Assembly (NCBI GenBank): GCA_964247055.1
Contig: OZ176054.1
Span: 3,348,001 to 3,412,000 of the forward strand
Source of the DNA: Paragordius varius
Taxonomy: Eukaryota; Animalia; Nematomorpha
Reading direction: 5' to 3'
DNA: 64,000 nt
The position numbers and the translations under genes were made by a program. Position 1 is the stretch's first letter, and every line of letters begins with the position of its first letter. Shown piece after piece: positions 1 through 12,766 of this stretch. Under the pieces are notes generated by a model. That model made no database searches and had not been told where the DNA came from. It was given only the letters and a program-made list of their open reading frames with translations.

Positions 1-117
1 TAGAGCTGGTGCAATGAATGGGAATAAGAGGGCATTTATGCCAACAAAAAAACCGCCAGACCACAAAAACGTTTTCCAATTCGGTGGTAAATTAAGTGTA
101 GTTGTTGTTTCACACAT
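1..117 (-). CDS. ATPSCKMT: First coding exon (runs off window start) of a FAM173/ATPSCKMT-like mitochondrial protein-lysine methyltransferase
   Basis: ATG at 117..115 gives MCETTTTLNLPPNWKTFLWSGGFFVGINALLFPFIAPAL, open to base 1. A hydrophobic stretch ending in PFIAPAL resembles the recalled FAM173B N-terminus (GGTLVAVYAVATPFVTPALRK). Confidence 0.65.
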   Translation of the reverse strand, partial: MCETTTTLNLPPNWKTFLWSGGFFVGINALLFPFIAPAL

Positions 118-361
118 ACAGAGAAGAGTTTTGATTTAAAGTCAAAAAATTCGTTTCATTTCATATGGTTATTAGGTTAGGAAGGACTAATTATAGAATA
201 ATTTCACGTGTTTACACCCCTTACGGATAATACATATTATTTCCACCCCACAAAATGGGCTTCTAAAAGAGTATGTATGTATAATTACAATATGCATATC
301 CAAATCATGAGAGATTGCTGTTTTATAAAAATTAAATAAAAGCAACTTTAAATGTATAATA

Positions 362-3300
362 TCAAGTAAAACTAATTTCGACATCCATCACATAATGCGT
401 TACCAAGGGGGCATAAGATTTGACACGTGTTAAACGCCTAATACATATATCATAATTTGGGATTGTCGAAATATTTTTCCCAAAATCTTTTAAGAATTTA
501 AAATCTAGAATTTTCTTTGCACAGCAGGTAAAGTCAAAAGCCATTTCAATCAACCATATTAGGGGGAGAAAACGTTTATAAAAGAGGGTTTTATTACTTT
601 GTTTTCCATCAATTTGCTCTAAATATGTTTTAAATAGACTAAGAGGTTGGTCTTGGAATTTATCAAAATGCGATACATGTTTCACCCATAGATTGCTAAT
701 AAGTTCACGGTTAAACTTTAAGTTTTTCACAGTATTGAGCATATCTAAATTCTTTTTACCATCATCATCAAATTTAGGTTTAATACCAAAAATTTGAGAT
801 ATGATTTCTGAAAAACTTTGCAGAGATTGGTCATTTTCATTATCTTCATCGGGGAGCCTGTTTGTTGAAATTAAATTTTCCCTAGATATCATAATTTCTG
901 CTATAAAATCCAAAAAGGTAGCGATGTTTTTTTCGTCTTCTAACAACCTATCTCCATGCCGTATTCTTAATAGCTATAATGTAAAAAAATAAAAAATATT
1001 ATAAAATTGGACAGAAAATGATATTATAAGATGTTAAAATACAGATTGTTTCAAACGCTTTTCCATGGTACGAACATCACAATTCTCATGAATATGCAAG
1101 ATTTTGGTCGAATAATTTGGTTTATCTAAAGAGAATTTTTTAAATAAAACGCATTTAAAAATTTGTTATTAAAAACAACTTATATACCATTTACAGTTCA
1201 TATCCACCCTTAAAGAATTCAAATTCGCCCTCAAAGAAAATTGTTTTTTACGATCAAAAATTACCAATATTTTTATATATTTTTAAAAATATAAAAATTT
1301 TGTTTTAATATAATACTGAAAAAATAATAAAATATGCCATATTAATAATGAGTTATATTGGTTTTAAGATGAATTTGAATTGTTAAAGGGTAATTTGAAC
1401 TGTAAATGGTATATTAAAATAGATCTAAACATTATATTTAAACTTTTTATAATATAATATTTTTGATATATATTTAATCAAATCAAAAGACAGAATTTTA
1501 AGAAATATATTTCGGGCTAAAAAACTACTTTTACCATTTGTTGTAGGCAACTTTAGTGCGTTTACGGCAGACTCCCATGAGGCTTTAGAAGATGGAATTA
1601 AGCCTAATATAACTCTATCGGCAACATTTGAAGGAGTTACCTTGAAATGATAAAAAGAAAATTAATTTTTTTAATCCAATAAAGTAAAGATTTAGTTAAA
1701 AAAGTAAGGATTTCAAAATCAAAAAATATATTTTTAAAAACATCTAGATATCAAAATACTTTTATATTTTATCTAAAAGTGGTTATATCTGCACAATATA
1801 CATATGTGTAAAATTTTATCAATTAATTATATATTCCATTTGCAGTTCAAATTTACTCTCAAACAATTAAAATTCACCCTAAAATAAATTATGTGCTTTT
1901 TAAAATTTAAAATTACCTACATTTTCTAAATTTTTTTAAAATTGAAATTTTGTTTTAAAATATTATACTAAAAAAATAATAAACAATCTCATAAAGATAT
2001 ACATATTAATGTTAAGTTATATTAACCCGAAAATTAAATTTATAATTTATTTTTAGGGTGAATTTGATCTGTAAATGGTATATATATGTGACAAAACATA
2101 CTTGGCGGTTGTCCCCCTGAATAATTGTACACCGATTTTCCCAGTCCCTAGAAATTATTTGCAATTATCAGACTAAAATTCTAAATAATAAAAACCAATA
2201 AAATTGAAAACCTATAATTTTTAACGTATACATTTTTTAAAACCTTCATTTTTTTATAAGGCCTATATCGTTTTGGCTTGCGAAATAAGAAATAAATATA
2301 AAAATTGGTAATAAAATTTTAGATTTTTTGGTTATAGAGAGGTAATCAACGATAAAAATGGTTTTTACCATTAATATTTTTATATTTACTGGGTATATTA
2401 AATTAAATTTTTAAAATTCCAATTATAATATTTCTCGCAAACATTACCCAATAGCTTTGGCATTGTGCCTTAAATTGCTTCGAAAATATTGCAAAGCAAC
2501 CGGATTCCAATCAATCGCATATAAATGTCCAATTTTTCGTTCTTTATTTAACGCTAACAGGGGTAAACTAAAATAACCTAAAATTAAAAAAAAAATATTT
2601 CAGAAAAATATTAAAAATATTGATATAAATAATCGTTTTTAACAAAAAAAAATCATAATAAAACTTAAACCTATCCCCACAAACATATCGACAACACATT
2701 CCCCTGCTCGATTAAGCGTGGGCAGGCGTATTTTTTCATTAACATTTCCAGGACTAAACATAAGACGCGTGGCATCATACTGATATCTGAAATTTTTAAG
2801 ATTAAATAAATTTCTATAATTGGTTTCAAAATCATTAAAAATGTGATTAACACTTGGCGGCTTTAAATTTAACTGGCACTAAATTGGGGTTTCTTTGTAA
2901 TAAAAAACATATGGATTGGTCAATTATGACATAAAATTAACAAACAACCTTAAAAATTATTGTTTTATACTTTTGTAGGTTATATCTAAAAAAATATCCT
3001 TTTATTTTGACACAAGTCATAAAACAAAATTAACATCGAAAAAATATATTTACAAAAAGTAATAAACTGTTAAGAACCACAATCAAGATAATTTATACAA
3101 TTTAATCGTTTTTGGATTTCATAACACGGATCGACAAAAGCAGAGTTTCGTCCCTTAAAAAAGTTATTGGACGTTTAAAAATTTAAACTGACTTACAATT
3201 AATAAATTGCGTTTAAATGACAAAAGTATTATTACTTGATTCCATATTGTATAACAGTGACTTCTTTTTGACCGTACAAAAGTTTAACATCGGCACTTCT

Positions 3301-3500
3301 AAAATTATCGGATTGAACGGGGTTTTGCTGTAAAATACTATTTACTTTTAATTGCTGACAAATTTGTTTGCATTCATCTTTATTTAGGAATTAAAATATT
3401 TACCATCATTCAATGTAATAGATTTATCCAGAAATACTAATGCATCCCCTTTTATTTCAAAACGAATCTTCTTATTAATTATATCGGATAGGGTGCACAT
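362..3500 (-). CDS. TRMT12: tRNA wybutosine-synthesizing protein 2 (SAM-dependent aminocarboxypropyl transferase), 8 exons, about 443 aa
   Basis: Exons 3404-3500, 3236-3377, 2671-2786, 2448-2577, 2102-2147, 1535-1640, 1043-1125, 362-973; all GT-AG and phase-consistent (1332 nt). TYW2 motifs: MFSPGNVNEKIR, VVDMFVGIGYFSLP, AIDWNP, GDNRQ, ADRVILGLIPSS, ILHIHEN, VKSYAP..HYVMD. Confidence 0.92.
1183..1413. mobile_element. MITE family A (TA-flanked, TIR TATACCATTTACAGTTCA), in a TRMT12 intron
   Basis: Left TATACCATTTACAGTTCA and right TGAACTGTAAATGGTATA form a perfect inverted repeat; related copies elsewhere in the window. Confidence 0.8.
1829..2083. mobile_element. MITE family A copy, in a TRMT12 intron
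   Basis: TATATTCCATTTGCAGTTCAAAT ... ATTTGATCTGTAAATGGTATA; internal similarity to 1183-1413. Confidence 0.75.
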
Positions 3501-4222
3501 TTACTCTAATATATAAAAAATTAAATTGTCATGGAATAGTTTGTGGCAGGCTCAAGAGAGTGGCATCTGAAATTTTTCATTATATATTTGTGCGCTAAAA
3601 ATAACAATTAATATTAAAATTTGTTTTTAGCCTAATTTACCGTTTCTGTTTTTCTTCAATATATTTATTTTATCGAAATTACCAATATTTTTTTTCAAAA
3701 AATTATCTAAACTAATGAACGATCAATAGGTGAAAAATATTTTATTTGATTGTTTTTCTCCCAAAACAAACATATTAGGGTATAAATTAAATGTTTTAGG
3801 GACAATATATAGTTAATAAAGCTCGATTTAAAAAGATATAAAAAACATGTTTTAGCCACAAATATGAAATAAAGCTTGAAAATTCATCAAAAATATTTTG
3901 ATGCTAATATTTTATCACTATATAATTATTAAATTTCTGTGTTAAAGACAGGTGATGTCTCATCAAACCATTTCAAATTATTAAATTTTTTAAAACCAAT
4001 AATATAGTAAACATATTATTTTTTTAAAAATGAAGAAATAATAATCGTTTTATAACCTCTAAAATTATTTAAAATAAAAAACTACGCTAAGATATAATTT
4101 AAAATTATGACTTACGTTTTAAAATCCCGAGTCTGGCCCTAAAATTTCAATAAATACTTGCAAAATATGCTAATATTGAAAAAATAAATCAATGTGGAAT
4201 AAATCATTTAAAAGTGTTACAT

Positions 4223-6727
4223 ATGCTATTAAATCGGCATGCCTTTTGCCTCTGGAAAACTCAGCAAAATTTTATGGGAGTTGCCAGCTTCAGATCAAAA
4301 CAATATAAATTTGTGAAGAATGAATTACCAGAATATTTACTTATTAGTTATTTTATTTCCTAATCGTCAGATGAATCCAAACTTGAAATGGATCATATTG
4401 AACCAACGCAACTTAGAAAACCATATAATTTAAGTGTTAAAGCGGAAAAGTTAGTTAGTTTCTAAAATTTTTAGTGCAAGCCCTTTGGTCAAAAAGCTTT
4501 TATCTATAGAATATGGTGTTCAAGTACTTTTTAGTTTTAAATATTTAGCGTGATAGATATAAATTATTTGCTGATAAATTAATCGCTATTGCTCAATTAC
4601 ACCCAAACGATTATAATTCACCAGAAATTAAAAGTAGGACTTTTGTATATCCTATAAAAAATGTTGGTTTTTTTTTTCTATTGCTTATTGCTATTAGGCA
4701 ATAAAAAATTATTTTTTATAACGATTTTTATATTACATTTTATTTATTGGCCTATAGAAATCATGTTCTGTTAACCGCATTTTTTTAATAAACCCCAAAT
4801 ATTATTTATTAGTAATAATAAGCAATTTTTATAATATCAAAATTATAAAGGTTAAGCGAATATATATTATTAATATTATTTAGTGATTTATATATACTGT
4901 TTCTAGAAATTTTCTGAATTGTTAATATTTTTTGCATTGTAATTACTCAAATTCATATTAGTTATAAAAACAATGATAAGTTATCAAATATTTTTAAGCC
5001 ATGTGTATACTATATTTTTGGAAACTATTTGATATAAATATATCCTGTTAAAATATTAATTTGTTGGCCTTTTTATTTCAAAAAGCCCTTTGTTATATTA
5101 AACTTCATTACCTTTTTGCTTATTGGTCCTAGTTTTTTTGGGGTAGATTATATGCGGTTCAATGAACTACAGTTTTAATATTTTAGTTAAAATTCAATTA
5201 TCCAATAATTTTTTCATGTGTTAGATAAAAAAGATAATATTTTTTACAGTTTAGTGTATTCTATGTAAAATTGGGACAGCTCCAAGGTTATAACAAATAG
5301 CTGAGATTAAAATCATAATATATCAAATTTTTGCTGGTACAAGCTTTTTAAAGTTAATTATACATTTTCTAACCATAATATACATCTATATGCCTGTTGC
5401 ATGAGCGATCTAAATATTTATTAAAAAATGGCGGCAAAAAAGTTTGTGAGATTTTTTTACAATTTAAGATTTTTTTAAAAAAAAAATTGTAAAATGCTCT
5501 TTAAAAGCTAAACATAGCATTTAAATTCTGCTTAATACCTTAAATACTTTTTAAGTATATTCGAATTAAAAATCGCTCTGGGATACAAAACTACCCCAAA
5601 AGGTAATGGAGTGTTAATAGAATACTATTTTGCTGTAAATATTGTAATATTATAAATATAATACGTTAAAACTAAAAGACTAATATTTTTTATAAGGCAA
5701 CACCATTTTTTTCCCTTGTTTTTTATAAAAATCGATTGAAGACATTCGGAAACACATTTGATTATCTCACAATATAAATCATTTAGATTATATGTAATAT
5801 ATTAAGTGGTCATTAGTTTTAAGTTTTGTTTTTATAATTTCATTTTTACCGTGATATAAATATAGTTGCACTCCTGACCGCTACTATTAGAAGAAAAATG
5901 GAACATATTCGATCCGGTAAAAAATGGAAAATTATAAACAGCCTTCATAACGATATAAAGGAACGGAGAGAAATATTAGGCCTACTTCATACCTATGATC
6001 GTCAAAGGTAAATATTGATTTTGATTATTAAATTATAGACTAAAAAAAATAATTTTTTAGGCAACCTTAAATCCGAATATCGAGAAATTATTTTAAGAGT
6101 AATGTATTTAAAATTTACAATCAAGGTTCAGCTATTTAAATGTGTGGATGTTACAACTTTATATATGCCCCTTTTAATCACTCATCTATTTATTTAAAAA
6201 AATATAGATACAAATAAATTTCTTAGAGTGATGACTCTATTTTTCATATTGCAATAATAGTTGTTGAATTATTTTAAAAGTACTCATTATTTTGCGAATG
6301 TTTTTTGCAATCTTGTTTTATTTATCAAAAGTACCATTATTAAATGAAAAAAATAGTCTACTTTTTTAGTTTTGTCATGATAAATTTGATTTTTACTGCA
6401 TATATAATTTCTATCATTACATTTAGATATGATTCCATTTGTGAAAAACTTGGTATCACATGGCAAAAATCTGTTGAACCACTGAAAGAATATGTCCACC
6501 TAAACCAAATTAGGGTTGCTAATGAAAAAGCCGACCAGATAATACATGAAAAAACTGAACAATATCGCAAAAAGTTAGAAATTGATAAGGAAACGTTTCG
6601 CCTTAAAAAGGCTAAACTATATGAGCAATTTGAGGAGATTAAACAAAAATTGGCAAATAAAGAAACCCTCCTTCAACTTATGAGGGAGGAAGATCAAAAA
6701 ATGCGAAATGTGGATAAAAGAAATTAA
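4223..6727 (+). CDS. MRPS15: Mitochondrial ribosomal protein S15 (uS15m), 6 exons, 259 aa
   Basis: Exons 4223-4346, 4371-4449, 4475-4523, 4549-4633, 5866-6007, 6427-6727 (780 nt). Basic targeting-like N-terminus, then ASPLVKKLLSIEYG, HPNDYNSPEIKIALLTATIRR..EH, YDSICEKLGITW and a coiled C-terminus, matching the recalled uS15m pattern. Confidence 0.85.
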
Positions 6728-7474
6728 AAATCATTTTAGATATTTTGTATGATACAGATGTGTAATAAATTAATTATTGTATGGAATTCGATGGCAAATC
6801 CTTTTTTATTGGGCTTGAGTCGATTAAAATGGGGTGTTTTTTGACATAATATCATGACTTAATGGGGAAACGGAAATTTTTAATACTTATATTATTTTAT
6901 TTATAATATTGGGGTCCAGAGCAGATTGGTTACGATTTTATCCTCGATTTAATGAAAATATATAGCTTTATAGTTTTTATTGATATTATTGTTACCAACT
7001 AAGTAAAACTAAGGGACACAACTATCGAAAGTAGGGAAAAGGGTCATATAAACTAATTACTTCAGCGAACTACAGTGGCACAAACGAAATCCTCATGCAA
7101 CATATGTATATATATTTTGATAAGTGATTTTTGGTTTAGGTCTTAGGAGTGCGATAAGAAAATTACTTGCACTTTTGTTCTACATCTTCGATATCTAAAA
7201 AAAGTTTGCTTTTGTTAAATGTAAATGATTATTTTGGCAGGAGTTAAATTTCTAATACCAAAAGCAAAACAATATTTTATAAAATTTTAACAATTGGATG
7301 TGGGCTCCGAAAGTCCAAACTGTTTCGCCATTTTAAAATGGGCTGGATCGCTTAAAGTAGAGGCAAAAAGGCTGAGATCTTGGGTAAGAATTTCTATATG
7401 ATAGATTATGGCATCAAAAATATTTTTTAAAATGCTTTTCTGTAAAATTAAAATTTTTGTAACATTTGGTTAAG

Positions 7475-7729
7475 ACGTCGTGGTATTTTAAAGCATGGTT
7501 AAAACGGTATGAAAACGATTTGAGATATCACAAAAACTTTTTATAAATTAAATGTTGCTGAACCTTTCTATAACCTTATAGTTGTCTGCATTAAAATTAA
7601 TTTTACAAAAATATATTACTTCTGCGATTATAAAAACGTTAAGCAGGATTGAACATTATAGAAAAAGTATTTTTAAAATATCTTAAGCGTTTTTATATCG
7701 TTTTCACCATGTTTTTATATCCATGAGGT
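7475..7729. mobile_element. MITE-like element with imperfect ~45-bp terminal inverted repeats
   Basis: Left ...CATGGTTAAAACGGTATGAAAACG versus right CGTTTTTATATCGTTTTCACCATG... Confidence 0.5.
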
Positions 7730-8271
7730 AAAGAAAAAAAATAGCAAAAATTAATATTATAAAGCAGAGTAATCTCGGCAATTTTGCGCTTATAAAAACT
7801 ACCCTATATATTTTCGAAGTCTACGTAAAAAATCTATTTTGGTTCACATGACTTATGATATATTTTTAAGTTTTACATCTAGCTCTAAAAATATAAAATT
7901 TTTAATCGCTCATAACCCTGAACTAAAAGTACTATAAAATCCACTTTGATTTATAATTTTAAATAGGATACTTTTTTCTGTGCACTAAGTAATATGCGCT
8001 AATTTTAATATATGTCCCTTTGGCGCAATTATATTGTAAAATATCATGCTTAATCAAAAGCATCAATCTCAAAATTTATATAAGATTCATATTTTATCAT
8101 ATTTATATATACAAGAAATATGCATACTGAGTTTATAAAAGTTATAAAGAAAAAAACTTGCTTGCACATCATAAATGGGTATGTAGCAAACGATAATAAA
8201 TTAGTAACCTCATTTTAACTTGATTATACAAAAGTTCAATATTATTTAAGACCCATTTTAAAATTTTTTTT

Positions 8272-8849
8272 ATGAACTATTTGATTCGAATTGGGGTATC
8301 TAAATACCCCAAATTTGAGTTAGGATTTTTAAAAAACTACTGAGAACGGCCAATTTAAATTTATGCTTCTATCCTAATAAAAATTATATAAATATGCCAA
8401 AATATTTGAATCAAATTTTGTTTTGCAAAAAAAGTTCCATGTCAAACTACTTCGACGCCATTTTATTTTACAAAGTTTTTCAAAATAACGTCTTTATTTA
8501 ATTTTAAGGGTAAAATTAAAGTTAATTTTTTATTTAAATTACATCTAACATTGAGAGAAATAGAAAAAGTTGTTGATTTTGCATTATTTTTAAATTTTAC
8601 CATTGCACGCGCGCCACGTTGACTAAATTTTTACCTTTTGGTTTTAACTTAAAATAAGTAATATCAAGTATTTTTGAATAAATTTTTTTATATATTTCGG
8701 TGTTTTAATGTTATATAAGTGCAAGATTTTGCCATGGCTTTGATTCCTTCCATATTTTTTTAAGAATGTTTTTTAAACAGGCCTGGGGTACTTAACTACC
8801 CCAATTTGAATCGAAGAACTAAAATGAATGTGTTGTATCTAAGTGTTAA
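8272..8849. mobile_element. piggyBac-like non-autonomous element (family B), copy 1
   Basis: ~580 bp homologous to three other copies; right end CCCCAATTTGAATCGAAG-spacer-AGTG|TTAA; left end degenerate. Confidence 0.75.
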
Positions 8850-8915
8850 ATCATTTATATAAACCATATGCTATACACTTAATTTCGACATCCTTTTACA
8901 CCATCTGAGTACACG

Positions 8916-10134
<1,219 letters not shown>

Positions 10135-10699
10135 CTTTCACAAATGTGTGGACTTCACCTCGATATTATATTTGTTATATATTAATAAATTAAAAATGAA
10201 CTTACTAAAGATAATATTTTTTATATTTCATAAAAATGACAAGCTAAAAACTAACTATATACCCAAAATCTACAAACAAAACAAAAAAGGCCGTTAAATT
10301 GGAATTTTTTTGGTTTATTTTAACCCCGTCAAGGCCTGAAGTCCAAGAATATCTTGACAACAGCGTTTTTCTGGTTATTTGTTCCAAAATTATTAATTTT
10401 TACAAGTATTTATTAAGGACATCAACCTGATTACAATAATATTTAGTTTTGGTAAATATCAACAAACTTGCAAGTGTTTTAATAAAGTTTTATAAATTCA
10501 GTTTACGCTTTATTTGTATATTGATTCCGACATTAAATGATCAAGTTGGAGTCCTAATTTCTAAAATATACTGGGCAAACTTATTAATTTACAGTTTGAT
10601 CAATTTTATTTTTTAAAATTTAAAAACCTGAAAAGGCTATAAGGTTTATTTTTTGAGTAAGAAAAAAAAATCATTTTAATAATAATGGAAACTTTATTC

Positions 10700-10852
10700 C
10701 AGTGGTACTCACGAAAAAATTAAGGGCCGTCAACAATGTTTCACTTGTCTCATAGGTTATGACCATATAATATCGATACAAAGCTGTTTGAAATTTTTTT
10801 TAGATAGCTCAGGTTTATAAATCACTTTTAGGAGGCGGTTTGAGCATCACTG
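10700..10852. mobile_element. hAT-like MITE
   Basis: CAGTGGTACTCA...TGAGCATCACTG imperfect TIR; flanks CTTTATTC/TTTTATTT (6 of 8 match, candidate 8-bp TSD). Confidence 0.55.
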
Positions 10853-10984
10853 TTTTATTTCATCACCAGATGTATAATTATATAATTATTTTAATGAGGA
10901 TTAAAGTTTGATATAAGTGACTTTTTAAATCAAATTGGGTTCTCATATCGTTTATCCCATTAATATTTCTGTGTGATTTAAAAC

Positions 10985-11618
10985 ATGGATCATGTAGTAA
11001 CCATCAGGTCGTTGTTTCTCCAGAAGTAGCTAGCTTCCATATTTTTGATCGAAATAACTTGCGATCGAGACGGTCGTCTTTGGTTTATAGAGTTATGTTT
11101 TAGGTCATAGCTGATGTTTTTTCCCAATCATGATATGGTCTGCCTGTCTGAAATTGATGCTCGGATCGAAGGATCTAATTTCGTTTATCCAGCCATTTGA
11201 GCGTATATGGCCCAGTATCTGAGACGATTGAGAAAAGAGACTATGTATGCTTTTATTATTTGTTTTATCTTTGTGGTACTGATTGGTGAAGATGAGGATT
11301 TTTCTTTTTATTTCTCATAATTATTTTCATTAGTTTGATTTAAAGGCCAGCATTCACTAGCATATGTGAAGGCAGGGCGAATGGCAATCGTGTAGATTTT
11401 CCCTTTGTTTGGGTTTGAAATGTGTTTGTGTTTCATTATATACTCGAGTTTAAGGAATTCGGTTCAAGCTTGATGTCTTCGTGTTGTGGCGCTTTTAATA
11501 TTGGTATCACCTAGGTAATTATATTTGTTTACTATTTTCGGTGTAGGTAGTTTGCGTGGGATTGTCTGGGTTTATATCTGGTGTTGCCCAAGCTTTACAC
11601 AAAATTTTCAATGATTAT
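10985..11618 (-). mobile_element. Decayed RTE-clade LINE, post-RT 3' portion
   Basis: Interrupted frames give YNYLGD, KGKIYTIAIRPAFTYASECWPL and DDRLDRKLFRSKI, typical of RTE ORF2 C-terminal regions. Confidence 0.8.
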
Positions 11619-12270
11619 TAACTGCGCCTAATACATACCATTAAAATTACTTGAACATGCAACAAAATTATTCGAAATTTTAATACAAGGGAAAACGCCA
11701 TATTTATTCTTAGAAGGTTACAAGAGAACTACAGATGCAAAAATATAGCCTTATATCACATCTTTATTGATTTAAGTCGTGAATTCGACTGCATCCCGCG
11801 GTCCATGATCACATTATATTACAAAAAAATAAATTTCTGAATGGACAAATTTACTATATAAGGACACTACTAGTTGCGTGAGAACTCTTGTGGGAGATAC
11901 CAATCAATTCCCAGTGTCTGTCGGGCTACACCAGGGCTTCATCCTTTTATCATTATTATGGATGTAATAACTGATAATATAAAAACAGGTTTGCCTTTCG
12001 AGAAGATGTACGCTGACGACATAATACTAACAGCCACCAGCAAAACAGCCATCATCAATAAATATAACCTCTGGAAATTTAGGTTAGAAAAATTTGGCCT
12101 CAAAATTAACACAGATAAAACAAAGGCTTTATTCACAGGCCCACCTGTACCTTAAATAAAATTCCCTTGCTCCATTTGTCACTCTGAAGTGAAACTTAAT
12201 TTCATAAAATGCACTAAATGCTAAATGTGGGTTCACAAAAGGTGCTCACAAATTAAGGGAAGTTTATTAA
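11619..12270 (+). mobile_element. Decayed RTE-clade LINE, RT domain plus Cys/His finger, inverted relative to its 3' part
   Basis: KLLEHATKLFE, FIDLSREFDCIPR, FIIIMD..YADD..GLKINTDKTK, then FPCSICH..CTKC*MWVHKRCSQIKGSL; contains stops and frameshifts. Confidence 0.85.
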
Positions 12271-12766
12271 GTATAGATTACGTAGTAATAAATTTATTTT
12301 GTTCTACAACACTAACATACAAAATAAAGATTTTATAAAAGTTTCAATTATAAAATGCAAAAGATTGTGTGATGGTAAATGCTTTTTTAGCTCTAGTTAT
12401 CACGTTATGTTTGAGTGAGAATTTGGTATAAATTAATTAATGATATATTACAGTTGTGAGCCTTCTTTGGTAAATACGATTATATTTTTTATATAATTAT
12501 AAATAGGTTAAATAAAAAATAATAAATTCTAGGTAAAAAATATATTTCAAGATGTATAAATGCAATGTTGAATAGTAAATGGAAAAATGTAAATTATAAA
12601 ACCAAAATCGTTCACTAGTTAAAAAATAAGTCATTTTATGTTTCATAAAGTAGGAAAAAATAAGCCCTTTTTAGACTTGGAGTTTTATAAAATTCTTATT
12701 AGATTGCAAAGGAATTATGTTTAAGCATTATTCCGTTTGTTCTCCAGAAAAAAATATCAGTATTTT

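Noticed and set aside
3378-3403. Stop readthrough, alternative genetic code or frameshift errors as an explanation for the micro-introns
   Set aside because: Seven of ten are not multiples of 3, all have GT-AG ends, lengths cluster tightly, and all genes end in standard stops.
10325-10375. Hammerhead-like CTGAAGT..CAAG/CTTG..ACAAC
   Set aside because: A9 and the GAAA block are wrong, and no stem I forms.
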